Below, one piece after another: positions 1-5,655 of a stretch of 33,746 nt of DNA. The notes below the pieces were generated by a model. The model made no database searches. It was not told the DNA's origin and saw only the letters and a program-made list of their open reading frames with translations. The translations under genes and the position numbers were made by a program. The stretch's first letter is position 1; every line of letters begins with the position of its first letter. The DNA comes from a virus (lineage: Duplodnaviria; Caudoviricetes): IMG/VR virus record IMGVR_UViG_3300038393_000187, positions 1 to 33,746 of that record, one strand, 5' to 3'.

Positions 1-117
1 AAGAGTGACTACCCTGGAAAGGTTGCTTCGCTCAGGACCGATGTCGAGCGTGTACGTACAGAACGCGTCGTATACAGCAGACTTGATGAAGTCATCAAAG
101 TCAAGCTTGTGTTTCAT
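1..117 (-). CDS. Hypothetical protein, N-terminal part only (runs off the window): MKHKLDFDDFIKSAVYDAFCTYTLDIGPERSNLSRVVTL...
   Basis: Minus-strand ATG at 117 is preceded by GGAGGA (122-127). The frame is open to position 1. It is absent from the ORF track because it has no stop in the window. Confidence 0.7.
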   Translation of the reverse strand, partial: MKHKLDFDDFIKSAVYDAFCTYTLDIGPERSNLSRVVTL

Positions 118-134
118 GTGTTCCTCCAAATAAT

Positions 135-164
135 GAGAGAGCCACCCAATCGGATGGCCCTCTC
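135..164 (-). terminator. Stem-loop downstream of the Rpf-like gene (terminator or mRNA-stabilising hairpin)
   Basis: On the minus strand GAGAGGGCCAUCC-gauu-GGGUGGCUCUCUC forms 13 bp. The two G-U pairs work only on this strand. The following tract (AUUAUUU) is only weakly U-rich. Confidence 0.6.
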
Positions 165-182
165 TAAGTGTACATTAAGTTG

Positions 183-776
183 TCAGTATCCGCACTTGTG
201 GGCGGTTACCCAGTGGTGAGCACCACGGCCATGGTCCCAGAGCTTATAGAATGCTGCATCCTGTACAGATGGTGGGGCATCCTTAGCTCGGTCATGACGA
301 CCGGTAATTGCTCGCCAAGTAGAGTTGATGAACTGGTAGGCACCAGAAGCCGTGGATGTTGGGTTCTGTGCACGGTAGTTTCCACCGGACTCATACTTAC
401 GAATACAAGCGGCGATTCCACCCGGAGCATTGTGGCTCCTGCTAGAAACGTACTTGGTCTTCTTGGTAGTCGTCTTCTTTCGGATAACCGGCTTCTTCTT
501 TGGCTTTACAACCTTGACTACTTTAGTAGGCTTCGGCTTAGGCTTGACAACCGGCTTCGTCGGAACGACTGGCTTCACTGGACGGGTTGCTGAACGGTTA
601 GGGTCGTGTTCCCTAGCAGCACGGTCGGCAAATTCGGACGAAAAAGCCGGGGCTGAAACTGTATCAGTAACAGGTGCAATAGACTTTGTTTCTTGAGTGT
701 CTACCACAGAGTTAGCAGCAAGTCCGATACCAGCGACAAGGCCAACTCCAGCGAGCGTTGCGAGAATCTTCTTCAT
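183..776 (-). CDS. Secreted Rpf-like / lysozyme-fold transglycosylase
   Basis: N-terminal signal-like segment (MKKILATLAGVGLVAGIGLAA), K/P/V/T-rich linker, and C-terminal CIRKYESGGNY...ASGAYQFINSTW...QDAAF...W motif of Rpf/transglycosylase domains. RBS AAGGAGGTG. Confidence 0.85.
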   Translation of the reverse strand: MKKILATLAGVGLVAGIGLAANSVVDTQETKSIAPVTDTVSAPAFSSEFADRAAREHDPNRSATRPVKPVVPTKPVVKPKPKPTKVVKVVKPKKKPVIRKKTTTKKTKYVSSRSHNAPGGIAACIRKYESGGNYRAQNPTSTASGAYQFINSTWRAITGRHDRAKDAPPSVQDAAFYKLWDHGRGAHHWVTAHKCGY

Positions 777-805
777 TTCGCACCTCCTTGAGTGAACATG
801 AATCC

Positions 806-834
806 ACCTTATAACGGAAGTGTAACGGTGTCAA
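806..834 (-). promoter_or_regulatory. Housekeeping-sigma promoter for the Rpf-like gene
   Basis: TTGACA-N17-TAAGGT on the minus strand. The spacer contains a CCGTTA direct repeat 11 bp apart. Confidence 0.7.
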
Positions 835-896
835 ACTACTGTACAGTAAGACTAGCTAGAGTCTCTTTAATCCCATATACAGTGGTCTCGCAAGAC

Positions 897-925
897 TTGA
901 GACACAAGTCAGAAGATGCTACACT
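897..925 (+). promoter_or_regulatory. Rightward promoter (extended -10)
   Basis: TTGAGA-N17-TACACT with TG immediately upstream of the -10 (TGcTACACT). Confidence 0.6.
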
Positions 926-967
926 AGATACATCACTTCGGGCAAGTCAGCCTCCAAATCAAACGTG

Positions 968-976
968 TGATACACT
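968..976 (+). promoter_or_regulatory. Second rightward extended -10 element
   Basis: TGaTACACT, the same hexamer as at 920-925. No convincing -35. Confidence 0.45.
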
Positions 977-1019
977 GGAGATACGAGTCTGGCAGGCTTC
1001 GAAGAGAGACAATTGAATC

Positions 1020-1035
1020 TTACTACATGTAGTTG
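1020..1035. promoter_or_regulatory. NrdR-box-like palindrome
   Basis: TTACTACATGTAGTTG has a perfect 12-bp palindromic core (ACTACATGTAGT) and fits the NrdR consensus acaCwAtATaTwGtgt at all key positions. It lies upstream of a unit containing nrdJ. Confidence 0.45.
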
Positions 1036-1039
1036 TAGC

Positions 1040-1097
1040 GAGACCCCTCACACATCGAAGCCTGCCAGCCCAAAAAGTGTGAGGGGTCTCTTTTATT
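1040..1097 (+). terminator. Intrinsic-terminator-like hairpin with a 23-nt loop
   Basis: GAGACCCCTCACAC / GTGTGAGGGGTCTC perfect 14-bp stem followed by TTTTATT. Confidence 0.65.
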
Positions 1098-1244
1098 CCC
1101 CCACACGGCTGAGCAGGGCTGGCAGCATATCCAGTCGTGGAGGATAACCGGGGACCATAATAGGAGCCACTTCCCCTAAGTGCCATATGGCATTAGCGAC
1201 CTCTAGGCGTCACAAAGGCTCCCCTATGCCTACAAGGAGATAAA

Positions 1245-2219
1245 TTGAGAATTTCGTATTACACAGTAGACGGAAACCTAGATACAACAAACGGATATGG
1301 AAATGCTGGGTTTCAGTTCATTAGAGCGCTTCAGCGCTCTGGGCACGAAGTGCCCTTCAATGACTCTAAGTCACCAATTCAGATTAGCTTCTGTCAGCCT
1401 AACCACTACACCTTCCATGAAGGTCAGTACAAGATTGGCTACACTCCTTGGGAAAGTACTGAGCTTCCTGATGGATGGGTCAATAGGATGAACAAGTGTG
1501 ATGAAATCTGGGCTACTTCTGAATGGGTGGCAAATGTCTTTCGTAAAGCCGGTGTCGATAGGCCAATCAGGGTTGTTCATCATGGCCTTGACCCTATGTG
1601 GACTCCTGTCAAGAGAGAGGTTGCAGATAAGCTACACTTCTTCCATCATGGAGAACCGGCTCTTCGCAAGGGTGGTCAAATGACATTGGACGCATTCATC
1701 CAAACCTTCGGGAACAGAAGTGATGTTCACCTGACTATCAAGGCTAACTCCCAACACTTCCTTAGACAGTGGAATGATGGAGTCTTCTCCTTGCCTGAAT
1801 ATGACAATGTAACCATCATCACCACCTTGTATCACCCAAGCGAGCTAGTAGACCTGTATCATAGAATGCACTGCATGGTCTATCCATCTTACGGAGAAGG
1901 TTTCGGTCTAATTCCCTTGCAGGCAATGGGGACTGGAATGCCAGTCATCTCGACAACCGATTGGGCTCCGTACGGAAGCTACATCGAACGAGCAGGCCTG
2001 GAGATTCCGGCAAGGCAAGACCGCAGTCTGTGGTCAGTCCATCCCGGCAATGTCTATTATCCAGACTTCGAGATTCTGAAGAAGAGAATGGCCGATGTAT
2101 ACGAGAATGCCGGGTCTTACTTTGGCTTCTTCGAGTACAACGTACCCAACCTTCAGATGGAGTTCAACTGGAATGTCATCGCCAAAAAAGTTGTAAATCA
2201 ACTTGAGAAAATTGCCTAA
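1245..2219 (+). CDS. Glycosyltransferase, GT-B fold (GT4/Glycos_transf_1-like)
   Basis: Motifs TPWEST, VVHHG, RKGG and YPSYGEGFGLIPLQAMGTGMPVI. TTG start with AAGGAG RBS. Confidence 0.9.
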   Translation: MRISYYTVDGNLDTTNGYGNAGFQFIRALQRSGHEVPFNDSKSPIQISFCQPNHYTFHEGQYKIGYTPWESTELPDGWVNRMNKCDEIWATSEWVANVFRKAGVDRPIRVVHHGLDPMWTPVKREVADKLHFFHHGEPALRKGGQMTLDAFIQTFGNRSDVHLTIKANSQHFLRQWNDGVFSLPEYDNVTIITTLYHPSELVDLYHRMHCMVYPSYGEGFGLIPLQAMGTGMPVISTTDWAPYGSYIERAGLEIPARQDRSLWSVHPGNVYYPDFEILKKRMADVYENAGSYFGFFEYNVPNLQMEFNWNVIAKKVVNQLEKIA

Positions 2220-2314
2220 AAGTCGCAACCCATAATTGGCCGAGTCGTACAATTATAAGTACTGAAATCACATTAAGGCCCTCCTGACCGGGGGTCTAGG
2301 AGGAGTCTACTATT

Positions 2315-4264
2315 TTGGAAAGTTTCATCGGTGAAGACGGCAGAATCACCGACCCATACCGCAACTTTATCCACCAATCACGGTATGCGCGCTGGCTCGA
2401 TGACGAGAACCGCCGCGAGACGTGGGTAGAGACAGTTGACCGATACGTCAACTTCATGGTTGACCACCTAAAGTCAAATGTAGGACACGAACCAAGCGTA
2501 GATGATGTAAACCTAGTTAGAGACTTCATTCTCAACCAGTATTCGCTACCAAGCATGCGCGCATTGATGACCGCAGGACCAGCATTGGCACGTAACAACG
2601 TCGCCGGATACAACTGCTCATACATCGTTATGAACGACCCAGTTGCATTTGACGAGGTATTGTTCATTCTCATGAATGGAACCGGCGTTGGATTCAGCGC
2701 CGAGAAGCGTTACACAGACCAACTTCCAACCGTTCCATTGCTTCACCCAAGTAATCAGCTAATCACGGTTGAGGACTCAAAGGAAGGATGGGCGCGGGCT
2801 TATCGAGAGCTTGTAACCGCTCTCTACGAAGGCCGGGTTCCAGATTGGGATGTAAGTCAAGTTCGCCCAGCAGGCGCACGTCTAATGACCTTTGGAGGAA
2901 GAGCCAGTGGTCCAGAGCCTCTGGTTGACCTATTTGAGTACACAATCAAGAAGTTCCAAGGAGCGCTTGGACGAAAGCTCACATCATTGGAGGTTCACGA
3001 CATTGTTTGCAAGATTGCGTCTGTGGTTGTTGTCGGTGGTGTCCGCAGGTCAGCGCTAATCAGCCTTGGAGACTTGGATGACCAGGATATGGCCGTCGCA
3101 AAGTCAGGGGCTTGGTGGGAGAATGATGGTCAGCGTGCATTGGCTAATAACTCAGCCGTGTATGAAGGCCGACCAGCCCGTGATGTGTTCGACCGCGAAT
3201 GGCAGTCATTGATTGATTCTGGTTCAGGAGAGCGCGGGATTTTCAACCGCGAGGCAAGTAAGATTCAGGCAAAGAAGAATGGCCGTCGTGCAATTGGATA
3301 TGAGTTCGGAACGAACCCATGCTCCGAGATTATCCTTCGACCAAACCAGTTCTGCAACCTTACAACCGTCGTCGTTCGTGGAGAAGACAACGTTGACGAC
3401 CTAAAGCGCAAGGTTGAAGCTGCAACTATCTTGGGAACCTGGCAGTCTACCTTGACTAACTTCCAGTATCTCCGAGATGAATGGCGAAAGAACACCGAGG
3501 AAGAGCGTCTATTGGGTGTTTCCATGACCGGACCATTCGGTAACAAGTGGCTCAACTTCGGGGTTAGCAAGGATGCAACTGAGATTGCTCTAACGCTACT
3601 CAAGAAGGTCGCTATCAAGACCAACGCTAGAGTAGCTGACGAAATGGGCATTAACCGTGCCGCCGCAATTACGTGCGTCAAGCCAGAGGGAACGACAAGT
3701 CAGCTTACCTTGACTAGCTCAGGACTTCACGCATGGCACAACCCTTACTACATCCGCACTGTTCGTGCAGATAAGAAAGACCCATTGACTCAGTTCATGA
3801 TGGACGCGGGTTACTACTGGGAGGATGACGTAATGAATCCAGAGCAGACAGCCGTCTTCTCATTCCCAATTGCCGCTCCAGAAGGTGCAATTACGCGCAA
3901 TGACATCAAGGCCATTGAGCATTTGGATATGTGGCTCAGCTACCAGCGCTACTGGTGTGAGCACAAGCCATCCGTCACGATTTACGTCAAGCCGGATGAG
4001 TGGGAAGAGGTTGGTAATTGGGTTTACGAAAACTTCGATGAAGTTTCTGGGGTAAGTTTCTTGCCACATAGTGAACACACTTACCAGCAGGCACCTTACC
4101 AGGACATTACCGCCGAGGAATTCGCGGAATGGACATACAAGGTTCCACATTCTGTAGATTGGTCATTGCTTTCTGTATATGAAACCAGTGATTCCACCAC
4201 TGGAACGCAGGAATTGGCCTGTGCAGCGGGAGCTTGTGAAGTAGTAGATGTTGTAAAGGCATAA
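2315..4264 (+). CDS. nrdJ: Class II (adenosylcobalamin-dependent) ribonucleotide reductase, monomeric RTPR-like
   Basis: Motifs PSMRAL, GYNCSY, GTGVGFS, VVVGGVRRSALI, TNPCSEI, TCVKPEGT, WCEHKPS and C-terminal CAAGAC redox pair. No nrdB-like small subunit adjacent. Confidence 0.93.
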   Translation: MESFIGEDGRITDPYRNFIHQSRYARWLDDENRRETWVETVDRYVNFMVDHLKSNVGHEPSVDDVNLVRDFILNQYSLPSMRALMTAGPALARNNVAGYNCSYIVMNDPVAFDEVLFILMNGTGVGFSAEKRYTDQLPTVPLLHPSNQLITVEDSKEGWARAYRELVTALYEGRVPDWDVSQVRPAGARLMTFGGRASGPEPLVDLFEYTIKKFQGALGRKLTSLEVHDIVCKIASVVVVGGVRRSALISLGDLDDQDMAVAKSGAWWENDGQRALANNSAVYEGRPARDVFDREWQSLIDSGSGERGIFNREASKIQAKKNGRRAIGYEFGTNPCSEIILRPNQFCNLTTVVVRGEDNVDDLKRKVEAATILGTWQSTLTNFQYLRDEWRKNTEEERLLGVSMTGPFGNKWLNFGVSKDATEIALTLLKKVAIKTNARVADEMGINRAAAITCVKPEGTTSQLTLTSSGLHAWHNPYYIRTVRADKKDPLTQFMMDAGYYWEDDVMNPEQTAVFSFPIAAPEGAITRNDIKAIEHLDMWLSYQRYWCEHKPSVTIYVKPDEWEEVGNWVYENFDEVSGVSFLPHSEHTYQQAPYQDITAEEFAEWTYKVPHSVDWSLLSVYETSDSTTGTQELACAAGACEVVDVVKA

Positions 4265-4270
4265 ACAATT

Positions 4271-4297
4271 GCCCCGGCTTATCGAGCCGGGGCTTTT
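4271..4297 (+). terminator. Intrinsic terminator after nrdJ
   Basis: GCCCCGGCT-tatcg-AGCCGGGGC-TTTT. Confidence 0.85.
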
Positions 4298-4324
4298 GCC
4301 TTTATAATCTCAAAGGCGTATACT
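4296..4324 (+). promoter_or_regulatory. Promoter for the lysis unit
   Basis: TTGCCT-N17-TATACT, overlapping the terminator U-tract. Confidence 0.7.
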
Positions 4325-4351
4325 GTAAATACAATGGAAGGAGGAAATTCT

Positions 4352-4525
4352 ATGTCAGAAAATGCAAATGAAGAGCAGTTCGAACAACTGCCACCAGATG
4401 TCGATGACGACGCACTGGACGATTCCGTTTCAGCATTGCTTGGAAAGGACATTCCTGAAGTAGAACTTCCTGACTACGACCCAGATGCAGCAGAATTTGA
4501 GGATGATGCAGATGCCGACAACTAA
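4352..4525 (+). CDS. Small, highly acidic hypothetical protein (57 aa)
   Basis: ATG 4352 is preceded by GGAGG. 22 of 57 residues are D/E, with one K. Overlaps the endolysin start. Confidence 0.7.
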   Translation: MSENANEEQFEQLPPDVDDDALDDSVSALLGKDIPEVELPDYDPDAAEFEDDADADN

Positions 4526-5510
4526 GTTTACAGATTTGGCAACATACCTTCGCTCATGGGGACTCAAGGTACAGGAAGTTGATGGATGGCAGACACGTTC
4601 ATCCAACTGGTCAAAGAGCTTTAGCCCAAAGGGAGTCGTTTGCCACCACACGGCAGGACCAACAGCTAACGGAAACTACCCAAGCTACAACACCGTTTTG
4701 AACGGTCGCACGGGTATTCCTGGACCGCTTTCACAGTTCGGCCTTGGCCGCGATGGAACGGTAATTATCTTCTGTGGGCACCGTGCAAACCACGCTGGTG
4801 TTGGTGGACCTCTAAACGGTATTCCAGAGGATTCAGCAAACGCCTACATGTGGGGTATTGAGGCTGAGAACTCCGGTACCCAGGCTTGGCCCGCAGTTCA
4901 GCTACAGGCTTACTATCGTCTAGTTGCAGCTTTGGCTACATACTCAAAGGCTCCGTTCAAGGCATCAATGGCTATTGGTCACAAGGAGTGGGCTCCAGGT
5001 CGTAAGACTGACCCAAGCTTCAGCATGGCTACATTCCGCACGCAGGTTCAGAATGCTATCAACGCAGGAAAGCCAAATAGCGGCGGCACTGCAATCGTGC
5101 CAAAGACAGGACCAAAGGTAGATTGGCTTGGTAACCCTAAGTACGGAATGGGACCATACGAGGATGGTCGATGGACTCGTGGACCAGTTCCACGTCACCC
5201 ACTTTACCTATCCACAATCTATAAGGCAATTGCCATTGAAACAGGAAAGCGTACAGACTCTCTAGATAATTGGGAGACTTTGCACCGTCAGAAGATGTGC
5301 GCATCCCTTGCTCACCTTGTTCGCCTTAAGGGCGCAAAGCCACACCGCAGCATTACGAACCTCACAAAGCAGGTTCAGACGTTGTGGCTCGGCATTCGCT
5401 ACGGCGACAAGACCTACGGCTACTTCGACCGTCACATGTTTGACCTAGTGACCAGGCGTCAGGGTTGGTCATTCTGGGACGGACCACGTAGTGACAACGG
5501 TATTCAGTAA
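4512..5510 (+). CDS. Endolysin, N-acetylmuramoyl-L-alanine amidase (Amidase_2-type)
   Basis: Zn-amidase motifs VVCHHTAG, ANHAG, GIEAEN and IGHKEWAPGRKTDP. Start reassigned to ATG 4512 (GAGG upstream). Confidence 0.9.
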   Translation: MPTTKFTDLATYLRSWGLKVQEVDGWQTRSSNWSKSFSPKGVVCHHTAGPTANGNYPSYNTVLNGRTGIPGPLSQFGLGRDGTVIIFCGHRANHAGVGGPLNGIPEDSANAYMWGIEAENSGTQAWPAVQLQAYYRLVAALATYSKAPFKASMAIGHKEWAPGRKTDPSFSMATFRTQVQNAINAGKPNSGGTAIVPKTGPKVDWLGNPKYGMGPYEDGRWTRGPVPRHPLYLSTIYKAIAIETGKRTDSLDNWETLHRQKMCASLAHLVRLKGAKPHRSITNLTKQVQTLWLGIRYGDKTYGYFDRHMFDLVTRRQGWSFWDGPRSDNGIQ

Positions 5511-5627
5511 GAATACCCATTAAACGTCGCGAGTCCGAGGGGACAAGCGACCACGGGCGTACGCATTCGTGCCGCTCGCCTTAGGATGATGTAGTTACCG
5601 GCTGAGGGCCACTCTTCGGAGTGGCCC
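5499..5627 (+). ncRNA. Candidate structured RNA (five consecutive stems) after the endolysin
   Basis: Stems at 5499-5517, 5526-5551, 5554-5578, 5579-5607 and 5606-5627. The last is a 9-bp stem with a cUUCGg tetraloop. Confidence 0.45.
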
Positions 5628-5639
5628 AAAGCTGTTTTA

Positions 5640-5648
5640 TGGTAGAAT
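5640..5648 (+). promoter_or_regulatory. Extended -10 promoter, probably leaderless
   Basis: TGgTAGAAT ends 8 nt before the A of ATG 5656. No SD. Confidence 0.55.
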
Positions 5649-5655
5649 TGAACAA

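Larger units (their letters stand above)
983..1097 (+). ncRNA. Candidate small RNA / attenuator leader with interlocking 14-bp stems
   Basis: 989-1002 is the perfect reverse complement of 1055-1068, and 1040-1053 of 1077-1090. A promoter lies upstream and a U-tract downstream. No credible ORF. Confidence 0.5.

Noticed and set aside
168-696. Plus-strand ORFs 168..593 and 430..696, the latter hydrophobic
   Set aside because: Antisense shadows of the Lys/Pro-rich Rpf-like gene, with no RBS or promoter support.
900-1075. Cobalamin riboswitch upstream of B12-dependent nrdJ (AAGTCAG and CCTGCC fragments)
   Set aside because: No AGGGAA..GGTG..AATCC core or GCCACTG, and the fragments are not in the required order or spacing.
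1120-1180. c-di-AMP (ydaO) riboswitch, suggested by ATCC..GGATAACCGGGGACCA..TAGGAG and the neighbouring rpf-like gene
   Set aside because: It is on the wrong strand for the rpf-like gene, and the GGGGTGAA and GAACCCGTCAGCTAAC elements are missing.
792-1186. ORFs 792..1016 (+) and 959..1186 (-) in the divergent intergenic region
   Set aside because: No SD, they overlap promoter elements and strong hairpins, and their composition is not protein-like.
2315-4264. Intein or intron in nrdJ (also checked in portal and capsid)
   Set aside because: Lengths are normal, motifs are contiguous, and no HN-C/S/T splice junction or homing endonuclease motif was seen.
5550-5586. ZTP riboswitch or HDV/hammerhead ribozyme in the post-endolysin element
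   Set aside because: GCCGCTCGCC resembles the ZTP 3' part but GACTGGCG is absent. No CTGANGA/GAAA core or complete HDV nested pseudoknot could be built by eye.
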